Positions 32,238 through 41,942 of a stretch of DNA of 64,000 nucleotides are shown here, in pieces. The notes under the pieces are model-generated. The model saw nothing but the letters and a program-made list of their open reading frames with translations. It did no database searches and had not been told where the DNA came from. The DNA comes from Candidatus Eiseniibacteriota bacterium (GTDB lineage Bacteria > Eisenbacteria > RBG-16-71-46), in assembly GCA_044223005.1 (NCBI GenBank), contig JBGAML010000003.1, forward strand, positions 128,001-192,000, read 5' to 3'. Every line of letters starts with the position of its first letter. The stretch's first letter is position 1. The position numbers were made by a program, and so were the translations under genes.

Positions 32238-33779
32238 ATGGAATCGTCCCGACCGACCGGCCTCGCGCGGAAGCTCGCCGCCAACACGCTGCACGCGGCG
32301 AGCGGGCGCGTGATCGGGATCATCCTCTGGCTGCTGCTCACGCCCCCCATGCTGCGCTCGCTGGGGGCGGACGGCTTCGGGATCTGGTCGCTGTTCTCGG
32401 CGCTCACCGGCTACCTGGGCGCGCTCGACTTCGGGTTCTCGCAGGCGACGCTGCGCTCGGTGTCGGCCGCGCACGCCCGCGAGGAGCAGGCCCGCGGCGG
32501 GGACGTCGCGACGCTCGCCGTGCTCGGCTACGTGGCCCTGGGCCTGCTCTGGGGCGCCGTGATCCCGCTCGTGCGCGGGCCGGTGCTGGAGTTCCTGCGC
32601 GTGCCGCCCGAGGTGATGCCGGGTGCGTCGTTCGCGATCGTCGCCGGCGCGGTCGTGTTCGTGCTCGCGGGCGTCGCCGGCACCGGCATCGCCATCCTGC
32701 AGGGCAGCGGCCGGTTCGATCTCGGCAACGCCGCGCTCGTGACCGTGGTGCTCGTGCAGGCGGCGGGCATCGTCGCGTCCATGCGCTTCGGCTGGGGCCT
32801 GCCGGGCATGGTGTGCGCGACCGGCGCGGGCTGGGCCGCGGCCTCGCTGCTCGCGCTCGGCGCGATCCGCGCCCGGGTGCCCGCGTTCGCGTGGGCCGGC
32901 CCGGCCCGGGCGTTCGCGCGGCTGGGTGAGGTCGTGCGCTTCGGCGGGCCCATGCAGGTCGGCAACGTGCTCGGCGTGATCCATCAGCAGGTGGACAAGG
33001 TGTTCCTGTCGCGCTTCGTCGCGCTCGCGAGCGTGGCGCCGTACGAGCTGGGCCTGCGCGTGTCGACCGCCACCTCGACGTTCCCGCAGCTCATGCTGCT
33101 CGCGCTGACGCCCGCGGCCGCCGCGATGGTGGCGCAGCAGCAGTACGGCCCCCTGCTCGAACTGATGCGCCGCGCGAGCCGCTACGTGCTCGCGCTCGCG
33201 GCGATCGGCACCGGCGTGGTGCTGGGCTCGGCGAAGCCTCTCTTCGCCGCGTGGCTCGGCGCGCCCTCGCCCGACGCCGAGCGCGCGCTCTGGGGCCTCG
33301 GCGTCGCGGCCTACTTCGCGCTCGCCGCCGGCGTCACGCTCGCGCTCGCGCGGGGCGCGGGGCGCACGGATCTCGAGGCGCGCTTCTCGGCGCTCGCGCT
33401 GGCGATCCACCTCGTGCTCGCGTTCGTGCTCGTGCCGCGCATGGGCCTGGCGGGCGCGCTCGTGGCGATCGCGGTGGCCAACGCCGTCGCGCTGCCGTGG
33501 TTCCTCGCCGCGCTCGCGCGCGTGTTCGCGTGGGACCCGTGGCCACTCGTGCTCGAGCCATTCGGCCTGCCGCTCGCCGTCGTCGCGGCCGGTGCCGCCG
33601 CGGGCATGGGCCTCGCGCGCGCCGGGCTGCCCGGGCTGCTCGGTGCTCCGTGGCCGCACCTCGTACTGGTCGCGGGCGCCTCGGCGCTCGCGGGCGCGGC
33701 CGTCGCGTTCGGCAGCGGCTACGTGCGCCCCGGCGAGTTGCTCTCGCTGCTGCGGCCCGCGAAGGGAACCGCCGCGTGA
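32238..33779 (+). CDS. Wzx/MOP family oligosaccharide flippase
   Basis: N-terminal LA.N, LG.DGFGIW, LDFG, Q.DK..L; many TM segments. Confidence 0.85.
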   Translation: MESSRPTGLARKLAANTLHAASGRVIGIILWLLLTPPMLRSLGADGFGIWSLFSALTGYLGALDFGFSQATLRSVSAAHAREEQARGGDVATLAVLGYVALGLLWGAVIPLVRGPVLEFLRVPPEVMPGASFAIVAGAVVFVLAGVAGTGIAILQGSGRFDLGNAALVTVVLVQAAGIVASMRFGWGLPGMVCATGAGWAAASLLALGAIRARVPAFAWAGPARAFARLGEVVRFGGPMQVGNVLGVIHQQVDKVFLSRFVALASVAPYELGLRVSTATSTFPQLMLLALTPAAAAMVAQQQYGPLLELMRRASRYVLALAAIGTGVVLGSAKPLFAAWLGAPSPDAERALWGLGVAAYFALAAGVTLALARGAGRTDLEARFSALALAIHLVLAFVLVPRMGLAGALVAIAVANAVALPWFLAALARVFAWDPWPLVLEPFGLPLAVVAAGAAAGMGLARAGLPGLLGAPWPHLVLVAGASALAGAAVAFGSGYVRPGELLSLLRPAKGTAA

Positions 33780-34735
33780 GCGCGCTTTCGGGTTCGCGCG
33801 TCCTCGTCACCGGCGCGGGCGGCTTCGTGGGCCCGCACCTCGTGCGCGAGCTGGTCGCGCGCGGCGCCACGGTGCACGGCATCGGCCTCGGCGCGCCGCC
33901 CGCCGACGTGCCGATCGCGAGCTGGCGCGAATGCGACCTCGCCACGGGTGAAGGGCTCGCGGACGCGCTCGCGGCGGTCGCGCCCGCCGCGATCGTCCAC
34001 CTCGCGGGGCAGAGCAGCGCCGCGCGCTCGTTCGAGATCCCCGAGGAGACGTTCCGCGCCAACGTGGTCGGCACGCAGAAGCTGCTCGAGGCCGTGCGCG
34101 ATGCCGCCCCGCGGGCGCGCGTACTCGCGGTGACGACGAGCGAGATCTACGGTCCGTGCGAGCGTCCCGACCAGCGCATGCGCGAGGACGCACCGTTCCG
34201 GCCGGTGAGCCCGTACGGTCTCTCCAAGGCCGCGGCCGACGATCTCGCGCGCGAGTTCGGCGCCGCGCACGGGCTCGACGTGGTGCGCGTGCGGCCGTTC
34301 GGGCACGCGGGGCCGGGGCAGACGCCGCGCTTCGTGATCCCGAGCTGGGCGTACCAGGTCGCGCAGGCCGAGCGCGGGCTGGCCGAGCCCGTGATCCGCG
34401 TCGGCAACCTGGAGGTCGTGCGCGACCTGTCGGACGTGCGCGATGTCGTGCGCGGCTACGCCGCGATGATCGAGCGCGCGGCGCGCGGCGAGGCCTACAA
34501 TCTCTGCCGCGGCGAAGGCGTGCTGCTCTCGGACGTCGTGCATCGCTTCGCGGCCCTGGCGCGCGTGCCGGTGCGCGTCGAAGTCGATCCGGCGCGGCTG
34601 CGGCCCGCCGACCTGCCGGTGCTGGTCGGCGACCCGACGCGGGCGCGCGAGGAATGCGGCTGGGCCGTGACGATCCCGCTGCAGCAGATGCTCGAGGACG
34701 TGCTCGCGGAGTGGCGCGCGGCCGCCGGGGCCTGA
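33776..34735 (+). CDS. GDP-4-keto-6-deoxy-sugar reductase (Rmd-like) / GDP-mannose dehydratase family SDR
   Basis: VTGAGGFVG, HLAGQSS...SF, TSEIYG, SPYGLSK, GHAGPGQ..RFV, GNL.V.RD. Confidence 0.82.
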   Translation: MSALSGSRVLVTGAGGFVGPHLVRELVARGATVHGIGLGAPPADVPIASWRECDLATGEGLADALAAVAPAAIVHLAGQSSAARSFEIPEETFRANVVGTQKLLEAVRDAAPRARVLAVTTSEIYGPCERPDQRMREDAPFRPVSPYGLSKAAADDLAREFGAAHGLDVVRVRPFGHAGPGQTPRFVIPSWAYQVAQAERGLAEPVIRVGNLEVVRDLSDVRDVVRGYAAMIERAARGEAYNLCRGEGVLLSDVVHRFAALARVPVRVEVDPARLRPADLPVLVGDPTRAREECGWAVTIPLQQMLEDVLAEWRAAAGA

Positions 34736-34742
34736 CGCGCCC

Positions 34743-35174
34743 TCAGGCCACCGGGCCGGAGCCGACCTCGCGGCGGTGCGCGTCGCTCGCGTCGTAGTCG
34801 AGCGGCGAGCACTCCAGCACCTGCGCGTACTCCAGCGCCGCGAACGCGTGCGCGCAGCGCGGCGCGATCTCGAGCAGGTCGCCGGCCTCGAGCTCGAGCG
34901 TCTCGCGCTGGCCCGTGTCGAGGTCCTCGAAAACGCCGCGCAGCCGGCCACGGATCACGTAGAAGCTCTCGTGCTTCTTCTCGTGCCAGTGGTTGCCGCG
35001 CCACGCGCCGGTGCCGGGCAGGAACTCGAGGTAGCCGACGAACCGGAACGGCGTGCCGTTGAAGATCGGGGCCGCTTCCCCGGCGGCCATGCGGATGCGC
35101 ACGCCGTCGAGGATCGGCGTCGCGGGCGGCTGGTCGAGGAGCGGCAGGCGGCGAAGCGTGAGCTTGGAGAGCAC
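34743..35174 (-). CDS. Stand-alone sugar-nucleotide cupin (CapF/WbjC C-terminal or WxcM/FdtA-like)
   Basis: RGNHWHEKKHESFYVIRG and I.P..AHAF cupin motifs; GTG start just after the upstream gene's stop. Confidence 0.75.
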   Translation of the reverse strand: MLSKLTLRRLPLLDQPPATPILDGVRIRMAAGEAAPIFNGTPFRFVGYLEFLPGTGAWRGNHWHEKKHESFYVIRGRLRGVFEDLDTGQRETLELEAGDLLEIAPRCAHAFAALEYAQVLECSPLDYDASDAHRREVGSGPVA

Positions 35175-35182
35175 GTGGGGAA

Positions 35183-35710
35183 TCAGCCGTTCTTCGGTTC
35201 CCAGACGCCCTCGAGCACGCAGTCCCACGGGAACTTGAACTCGTCCGCCGGGTCGTAGACGTGACTCTGGCAGTTGACCACCAGCACCTCGGGCGCGCTC
35301 AGCGCCTTCCAGCCGTGCATGAGCCGCGGCGGGATCTTGATCAGCCGCGGGCGCAGGCTGCCGAGGATGAACGTGTTCACGTGCCGGAACGTCGCGGACT
35401 CGGGACGGAGATCGGCGATCGTCACCTGCAGCTTGCCGCGCGTGACGGTCTGCTGGTCCGTGTGCACTTCGTGCAGGTGCCAGGCCTTCACCACGCCGTG
35501 GTCGGTGGCGCTCTGGTAGACGTGCGCCGCGCGCACCATGCCCTGCGGCAGCCAGGACTCGCTCCACAGTTCCGTCACGTCCCCGCGGCCGTCGAGATGC
35601 ACGGTCAGGTCGCGCACGAGCACGCCCTCGATGGTGGCCTTGCCGGCGGGCTGGATCAGGAACTCGAGGCCCTGGAGCCACTCGACGGTGATTTCCTTCA
35701 CGTGCTTCAC
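35183..35710 (-). CDS. dTDP-4-dehydrorhamnose 3,5-epimerase family (RmlC-like) cupin
   Basis: IEGV, H.D.RG...E, GVVKAWHLH, DLRP.S.T, IPP...HG.KA. Confidence 0.85.
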   Translation of the reverse strand: MKHVKEITVEWLQGLEFLIQPAGKATIEGVLVRDLTVHLDGRGDVTELWSESWLPQGMVRAAHVYQSATDHGVVKAWHLHEVHTDQQTVTRGKLQVTIADLRPESATFRHVNTFILGSLRPRLIKIPPRLMHGWKALSAPEVLVVNCQSHVYDPADEFKFPWDCVLEGVWEPKNG

Positions 35711-35894
35711 GCGGCGCCTCGCGATCGATGGGGTGAGGGGGCGAACGGTCGCGGGGACTCTAACCACCGGATGCGCCGCGGTGCAACGGCGTGTCGTGCC
35801 GGCTGTTCGCGCTCCGGGTGCTCCGCCGCGCACGTCTTCGCCAGCATTTGCGCCCGCCCGACACGCCGGGTAGCTTTCCCGGGATGAACCCCGC

Positions 35895-37358
35895 ATGCAC
35901 GAGTCCCGGAGCCGCTCGATGAGCGCCGCACCGGCCCCTCCGGCGCCCCCGCGCCGCCGTGACCCGGCCGCACTCCTGCTCCTGATGGGTTCGCTCGCCG
36001 CGGGGATGCTGCTCACCGTCGCCGCGAACGTGTGGCTCGGCGTGGCGGTGATGGCGCTCGGCGTCGTCCTCACGCTGCGGCCCTTCGATCCGCTCGTCGC
36101 GGCGCTGCTGGCCGGGGGCGCCGCGACCTTCGCCGCCTACGGTGAACACGGCATCCAGCGCGACCTCGCCGTCGTCGCCGCGATCACGGTCTACGTGCTC
36201 GTCTCGTTCGGGGTGGCGTGTTCGCAACGCCGCTGGCACCTGCCGGCCTCGCCGGTCGTGACCGCGCTCGCCGCGCTGGCATTCACCACACTGGTGGGCA
36301 TCGGACACGGCCTCGCGGTGCACAACAAGACGAGCAACATGTTCCTCGAGGTCCTGCCGCTGTTCTCGCTCTCGTTCGTGGCCGTGATCGGCGGACTCCG
36401 GCTGCGCCCGATCGATCCCCGGCTCGCGCTGTGGGGGCTCGCCCTCGTCGCGATCGGGTCGGCGGCGGCGGGATTCCACTTCTACGGCTCGACCGGGATC
36501 CGCACCGGCGGCATGGCGTTCTCGCCGGTTCCCGGCCTCGTGGCGCTGGTCTTCTTCGGCGTCACGCTGTTCGATCCCGCGCCCCGGCCGAAGCTGCTTC
36601 CGCTGCTCGTGTTCTGCGTGCTGGTGGCGCACCAGGTGGTCACCTTCACGCGCGGCTTCTGGCTCGGCCTGCTGGGCGGCGTGCCGCTCATCTGCCTGCT
36701 CTACGTCCGCCGCGGTGCCGGGCAGCGTGCCGGGCAGCGGCGGCGCCTGTCGAAGGTGGTCGCGACGCTGGGGCTCGCAATGGGCATTCTCGTCGTGGGC
36801 GTGCTGGCCGCGGCGTCACGCCCGCCGTGGAACGAGCTCGTCGGGCTGCTCAGCGAGCGCTTCTCGTCGAGCTTCACGACGCGGAACACGCCCGAGACGG
36901 TGTCGAACGTCGCGCGTCTCGTCGAGATCCGGACCTCGATCACCGCGCTCTCGCACTCGCCGGTGTTCGGTCTGGGGCACGGCTGCATGCTCGTCGTCCA
37001 CCAGTTCTTCCACACCGAAGGCGGGCCGCAGTGGTACATCCACCAGGCCTACGTGATGATGTGGCTCAAGCAGGGCGTCTTCGGCGTGCTCGCCCTGCTG
37101 TGGCTGCTCGTCACGGTGTTCCGCATGGGCTGGACCGGCGCCGCGCAGGCGGATCCCGAGGCCGCGGGCTGGAGCGCTGCCAGCGCGGCGTGCACGTTCT
37201 TCGTGGCCAGCGTCGGGTTGACGAACTACTTCTTCTTCAACGTCAACCAGAGCTTCGTGCTGGCGTTCATCTGGGGCGTCACGCTCGCGACGAGCCGGCC
37301 CGGCGCCCTGCGCCTGGTGTGGCGCTCGCGGCCACGCATTCCTCCGCCTCAGGCCTGA
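35895..37358 (+). CDS. O-antigen ligase/polymerase (Wzy_C) family membrane protein
   Basis: Multi-TM; TFTRG.W, R..E......SP.FG.G.G, H..Y.....KQG..G. Confidence 0.8.
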   Translation: MHESRSRSMSAAPAPPAPPRRRDPAALLLLMGSLAAGMLLTVAANVWLGVAVMALGVVLTLRPFDPLVAALLAGGAATFAAYGEHGIQRDLAVVAAITVYVLVSFGVACSQRRWHLPASPVVTALAALAFTTLVGIGHGLAVHNKTSNMFLEVLPLFSLSFVAVIGGLRLRPIDPRLALWGLALVAIGSAAAGFHFYGSTGIRTGGMAFSPVPGLVALVFFGVTLFDPAPRPKLLPLLVFCVLVAHQVVTFTRGFWLGLLGGVPLICLLYVRRGAGQRAGQRRRLSKVVATLGLAMGILVVGVLAAASRPPWNELVGLLSERFSSSFTTRNTPETVSNVARLVEIRTSITALSHSPVFGLGHGCMLVVHQFFHTEGGPQWYIHQAYVMMWLKQGVFGVLALLWLLVTVFRMGWTGAAQADPEAAGWSAASAACTFFVASVGLTNYFFFNVNQSFVLAFIWGVTLATSRPGALRLVWRSRPRIPPPQA

Positions 37359-38608
37359 GGCGCGCTCCGTTCCGGCCGCCGCCACCCGCGCCAGACGAGC
37401 GCGAGCTGGGCGAGCGAGGCGACCAGCATCGCGATCACCGCGCCGATCGTGCCGAGGCGCCACATGAGCGGGATGCCCGGAAACGCCACCACGACGGGTA
37501 GCGCGATCGCGCCGATCGCCACGCGGTGCGGTACGCGGCCCGCCCGCAGTCCGTTCGCGAGCAGGTAGCAGAGGCCGTCGGGCAGCACGAGCAGGAACAC
37601 CCACGGCAGGAGGCGCGCGACCGCGTCGTAGCGGCCGGCGTAGGCCACGTGCACGAGCCACGGTCCCACGAGGGCGGCGCCGGCGGCGAGCACGAGCGAG
37701 ACGACCGTCCAGGCACCGGCGAGCCGCGCGAGCGAACCGGCGAAACCGGCGCGGGACTCGTGGGCCGACCAGCGGGGGAGCAGCAGCAGCGTCAGCGCCT
37801 GGTTCGCCTGGATCACGGGGTAGACGAAGTTCAGCAGCGCGCGCAGCTCGGCGGCGCTCTGCAGCCCGTGCCGCATCGGCAGCAGGAAGTAGTAGAGGTT
37901 CCCGCTCCAGCCGAGCAGCGCGGTCAGCAGCGCCCAGCGACCGTAGTCCCAGTGCGCGCGAACGAGATTCTCCGGCGCCGGCTCGGCGCCCACGGCCGGC
38001 GGGCGCGACACGAGCAGGCCCCCCAGCGCGGCGGCTCCGAGGGCCGCCATGCCGGAGAACGCTCCCAGTCGCCCGAAGCGGTGGAGCGCGAACAGCGCCG
38101 ACGTGCCGAGGACCAGGAACACCGTGCTCGCGACCAGGGACCGCGTGATGCGGCCTTCGAGGTAGAGCGTGCGGCGGCGCAACCAGAGCGCCAGCAGCGG
38201 CGGGCACGCGAGCGCCGCGCCGGCGTAGGCCGCCGCCGCCGCGGGCTGGTGCAGGAGCGCGTTCACGCCCGCGGCCGCCAGCAGCAGCGGTGACACCGCG
38301 AGCGCGGTGCCGAAGTTCATGCGCTCGACGGCGCGGACGTAGGCGCCAGCCTGCGCCCGGAATCGCGACGGCGCGAAGACCGACATGGGCTCGGCGAACA
38401 GCGCCGTCTGCGCCTGCGTGAGGAGCAGGAACGTGCTGTACGCGAGCACGAAACCACCGTAGGCGACCGCGTCGAGCCCGCGGCCGAGCAGCAGCACCAT
38501 CAGGCTGCTCGCGCCGACGAAGAGGAACTGGTCCAGGATCGCCGCGACGCCGGCCCGGACGACCGTCGCTCCGGGTGCCGGGGATTCGGGACCGGCGGCG
38601 GTGCTCAT
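37349..38608 (-). CDS. Polysaccharide biosynthesis flippase-like membrane protein
   Basis: DQ......S, YG.F.L.YS, EPM; about 12 TM segments. Confidence 0.7.
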   Translation of the reverse strand: MSTAAGPESPAPGATVVRAGVAAILDQFLFVGASSLMVLLLGRGLDAVAYGGFVLAYSTFLLLTQAQTALFAEPMSVFAPSRFRAQAGAYVRAVERMNFGTALAVSPLLLAAAGVNALLHQPAAAAAYAGAALACPPLLALWLRRRTLYLEGRITRSLVASTVFLVLGTSALFALHRFGRLGAFSGMAALGAAALGGLLVSRPPAVGAEPAPENLVRAHWDYGRWALLTALLGWSGNLYYFLLPMRHGLQSAAELRALLNFVYPVIQANQALTLLLLPRWSAHESRAGFAGSLARLAGAWTVVSLVLAAGAALVGPWLVHVAYAGRYDAVARLLPWVFLLVLPDGLCYLLANGLRAGRVPHRVAIGAIALPVVVAFPGIPLMWRLGTIGAVIAMLVASLAQLALVWRGWRRPERSAPQA

Positions 38609-39555
38609 GCGAAGAACCGGCCGAGCACGACGCGCTGGAAGAGCAGGGCCGCGACGCGGTCGAGCGGCAGGCCGCCCGGCCGTTCTCGAAGCGCGCTGGC
38701 GATGTCGCGCATGCGCGCCCAGCCGCCGGGCCGCCCGAGGAACTCGCGCGCGTTGACCAGGAACAGCGAGGCGTTCACCCGGCGCGGGTCGAGCGCCAGG
38801 CCGCGGGCCGCGGCGACCTCGTCGAGGAGCCGGAAGTCGTCGGTGAGCCGCTTGCGAACGTCCATCGACATGTGGAACCGCCCCGCGTGCGCCTTCCATG
38901 CGAACAGCGGCGTGCCCCAGAGCAGCAGCGGCACGTCGTCGTCGGCGAGGAACGCGAGCGTGGCCCGCTGGTCGGTGTGCGTCGGGTCGTCGGGGTCGAA
39001 GCGGACGGCGCGCGGGCCGTCGAGGCGGTAGACGTTGGCCTGCAGCGGGCCGAAGCAGAGCGCCGCGCTGCCCAGCGCGTTGCGCACGAACTCGCGCGCG
39101 CGCACCTCGCGCCGCGGCTCGCGGATGAACAGCCGGCCGATCCGGCGCGGCCGGCCGTCGGCTTCCACGATGCGGTAGCGCGCGAGCGCGAGCGGCGCTC
39201 CACACGCGCGCATGGCCGCCGTGAGCGCGAGCGGATCGGCGCCGGGCAGCCACTCGTCGCCGACCATGAGGAACGTGCCGTAGGCGGCGCCGAGAGCCTC
39301 CGCGCGCTCGAGGCAGCGGTTCCAGTTCCCGACGCGGCCGAGGTTCGTCTCGTTGCGGTGCACGTGCAGCAGTCCGCCCGCACTCGCGGCGAGCTCGAGC
39401 GCGGCCTCGTACGAGCCGTCGTCCGAGCCGTTGTCGCTCACGATCACGGCCACGCGGCCGGGATCGAGCCCGCCGGCGAGGCACGAGCGCAGCGTGGCCG
39501 CGAGCAGCTCGCCGCCGTTCCAGGTGGGCACGAGCAGCGCGAACTCAGGCTTCAC
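38605..39555 (-). CDS. Glycosyltransferase family 2
   Basis: VPTWN, VSDNGSDDGS, N..NLGRVGNWNRCL. Confidence 0.85.
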   Translation of the reverse strand: MKPEFALLVPTWNGGELLAATLRSCLAGGLDPGRVAVIVSDNGSDDGSYEAALELAASAGGLLHVHRNETNLGRVGNWNRCLERAEALGAAYGTFLMVGDEWLPGADPLALTAAMRACGAPLALARYRIVEADGRPRRIGRLFIREPRREVRAREFVRNALGSAALCFGPLQANVYRLDGPRAVRFDPDDPTHTDQRATLAFLADDDVPLLLWGTPLFAWKAHAGRFHMSMDVRKRLTDDFRLLDEVAAARGLALDPRRVNASLFLVNAREFLGRPGGWARMRDIASALRERPGGLPLDRVAALLFQRVVLGRFFA

Positions 39556-40270
39556 GCGCGAACGCCTCCACTTCCTCGGGCGTCCCGAGCGGGTGCACGG
39601 CGTCCGCGGGCACGCGGTGCACCCACAGCGGCCGGCCGGCCTCGACGAGGTGCTGGTACATCGGCGCGACGTAGCGCTCGCGCAGCGTCGCGGGCAGCCC
39701 GGCGCCGTAGAAGGCGCGGTAGGTCTGCTCGTAGAGGTCGATCGACGAGAAGTAGTAGAGCCCGATCGAGCAGTGCTCGGAGATGCGTACCTTCTCGCGC
39801 GCCTCGACGACGCGGTCGTCGGCGTCGGTGCGGAAGAAGCTCCACGCGTCGCCCACGCCGGGGAAGCAGGGGATCCAGCCATCGCCGCGGACGTCGCGCG
39901 GGTGCAGGCTGCGCGGCTCGACGTAGGTGTCGATGTTGTAGACGAGCAGCGGCGCCGCGGGGTCGCGTTCGCGGAGCGACGGCAGCGTGAGCAGCACGGT
40001 GGTGGCCTGGCCGTCGGTCACGTGGTCGAGCTCGATCAGCACCGGATCCTCCACGCCGAAGGCGCGGATCTCGCGGCGCACGAGTTCCCCGGGCTGGTCT
40101 TCGGCGCGCACCACGAACGTGGCGTGCGCGCCCGGCAGGAAGTGGCGGAGGCTCTCCATCGCCCAGGCGAACATCGTCCGCCCGCGCACTTCGATCGCGT
40201 ACTTGGGGACGTTCCAGCCGCGGGCGCGGAAGCGGCTGCCCAGTCCGGCCATCGTGACGACGACGTGCAT
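39545..40270 (-). CDS. Nucleotidyltransferase-fold capsule protein (BcbE/EcbE-like)
   Basis: V.TMAGLGSRF...G..VPKY, T.GQATTV, YNIDT, EK.RIS...SIGLYYF, E.YVAPMY, GTPEE. Confidence 0.8.
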   Translation of the reverse strand: MHVVVTMAGLGSRFRARGWNVPKYAIEVRGRTMFAWAMESLRHFLPGAHATFVVRAEDQPGELVRREIRAFGVEDPVLIELDHVTDGQATTVLLTLPSLRERDPAAPLLVYNIDTYVEPRSLHPRDVRGDGWIPCFPGVGDAWSFFRTDADDRVVEAREKVRISEHCSIGLYYFSSIDLYEQTYRAFYGAGLPATLRERYVAPMYQHLVEAGRPLWVHRVPADAVHPLGTPEEVEAFAREA

Positions 40271-40271
40271 C

Positions 40272-41942
40272 TCAGCGCCCGGGGCTGCCCGCGGGGCAGT
40301 CGAGGAACGCCGACGCCAGCTCGAGTCCGCGCGCGAGGAAGGCTTCCTGCGCGCGCGGGCGGTCGGCGTGCAGCGGGACCATGCTCAGGAACAGCAGCGC
40401 CTCGATGCCCCGCACGCGCCGCAGCGCCTGCGGGTCGGCGAGGAACGTCTGGTTGAACTGCCGGCGCACGGCGACGTGGCCTTCGTCCTCGAACACGCGC
40501 AGCACGATCCGGCCCGGCTCGGGGCGCGTGAGCGCGAACAGGCCGTGCACGAGGAAGTCGTACGCGCCGTTGAAGCTGTGCGAGAGCTTGGCGAGGTCGT
40601 AGCGCGGATCGCCGTGGAACGTGAAGTCCCCGAAGCGGCCGCGCGGATCGACGAGGCGGATCGCGCGGCTGCGGCGGTCGAACAGGATGTTGCTCGGGCA
40701 GAAGTCGCCGTGGATCGCCGCGAACGGCACGGGCTCGAGCAGCCCGGACGCCTCGAGCATCTCCGGCAGCCGGGCGATGCACGTCGCCAGGCCGAGGCAC
40801 GGGCGGCCGTTCACCTCGAGCGCGCCGTCCACGAGATCGCGCGGCAGCGTGGCGAGGTCGAGCCGGCCGAGGCGCTCGACGGTCTTGTCGAGGTACATCC
40901 GGCGCAGCGACGCGGCCACGCGCGCCGGATCGGCGGCCGGCGGCGACTGCGCGGCCATGTCGTCGAGCACCTGGCGGACGACGCGGAAGATCGCGCGCCA
41001 CTCGGTCGGGTCGAGGCGGGCGTAGAGGTAGATGTCCGACAGCGGCGGATAGCCGTAGAACTCCATCTGGATCCACGGGCCGTCGGCGGCGAGCGAGTGC
41101 GCGAACACCCGCGGCGCGAGGTACTGGATCGCGGGCGGGAGCGAGAGGTACCAGTTGATCTCGTCGCGGAAGTCGTCGGTGTTGCGGCTGCGCTTGGTGA
41201 GGATGCCGCGGCTCGCGTCGACGGTCACGTCGTTGAACGCGCGCTGCCCCATCGCGTACTGCAGCCGCGACGCCCAGTACGTGTCGAGGTGGCCGAGGTC
41301 GACCCAGTGCGCGGCCTCGCGGGCGCGCGGCGGGGTGGTCGACTCGCGGTAGTAGCGCTCGAGCGCGCCATAGAAGGGGTCGAGCCCCGGGACGGGCGCC
41401 GCGACGGCTTCGGCGAGGCGGGCGCGAAAGCGGGCGCCGTCGGCGAAGGCGAAGAGGCCGATGAAGACCGTGCCCGCGTCCTCCTTCTCGTAGCTCTTGT
41501 CCAGCAGCTGCACGGGATAGCCGGACGCGTCGAGCCGGAACGTGGTCCAGCGGTAGAGGTCGTCCGGCCGCGCGAACAGGAACTCGTCGCCTCCGAGCAC
41601 CTCGCCGGGCGCGTGCGTGTCTCCGAAGTGCACCACCAGGGGCCCGTTCCAGCCGCCCTCGGCCTCGAGCGCGCGCAGGACCGTCTCGCCGAGGCTGCGG
41701 GTGGCGCCGACGTCCACCATCGTCGTGCGCGCGGAGGCGCGGTGGGCGAGGTGCCGCGCGATCGTGTCGGCGCCGGCGTGCGCGGCGACTCGCACCGGCC
41801 AGTCGGCCGGGTAGCCCTGCTCGATCCGGTCGAGCACGGGCACGCTGCCGTACGGCACCATGCAGGACGGGATGCGGCCGAAGTCGCCCTGCAGCTCCGG
41901 CGGGATGTGCGTCGCGGACGGGATGACGACGAGGCTAGGCAT
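40272..41942 (-). CDS. Nucleotidyltransferase-like plus APH/choline-kinase-like fusion (BcbG/EcbG-like)
   Basis: P.ELQ.DFG.IP, W.DLGHL.TY, R.FN, EI.WY..LP, HGDFCPSNILF, DPRG, GD..YD.AKL.HS, LFLSMVPLH.D. Confidence 0.8.
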   Translation of the reverse strand: MPSLVVIPSATHIPPELQGDFGRIPSCMVPYGSVPVLDRIEQGYPADWPVRVAAHAGADTIARHLAHRASARTTMVDVGATRSLGETVLRALEAEGGWNGPLVVHFGDTHAPGEVLGGDEFLFARPDDLYRWTTFRLDASGYPVQLLDKSYEKEDAGTVFIGLFAFADGARFRARLAEAVAAPVPGLDPFYGALERYYRESTTPPRAREAAHWVDLGHLDTYWASRLQYAMGQRAFNDVTVDASRGILTKRSRNTDDFRDEINWYLSLPPAIQYLAPRVFAHSLAADGPWIQMEFYGYPPLSDIYLYARLDPTEWRAIFRVVRQVLDDMAAQSPPAADPARVAASLRRMYLDKTVERLGRLDLATLPRDLVDGALEVNGRPCLGLATCIARLPEMLEASGLLEPVPFAAIHGDFCPSNILFDRRSRAIRLVDPRGRFGDFTFHGDPRYDLAKLSHSFNGAYDFLVHGLFALTRPEPGRIVLRVFEDEGHVAVRRQFNQTFLADPQALRRVRGIEALLFLSMVPLHADRPRAQEAFLARGLELASAFLDCPAGSPGR

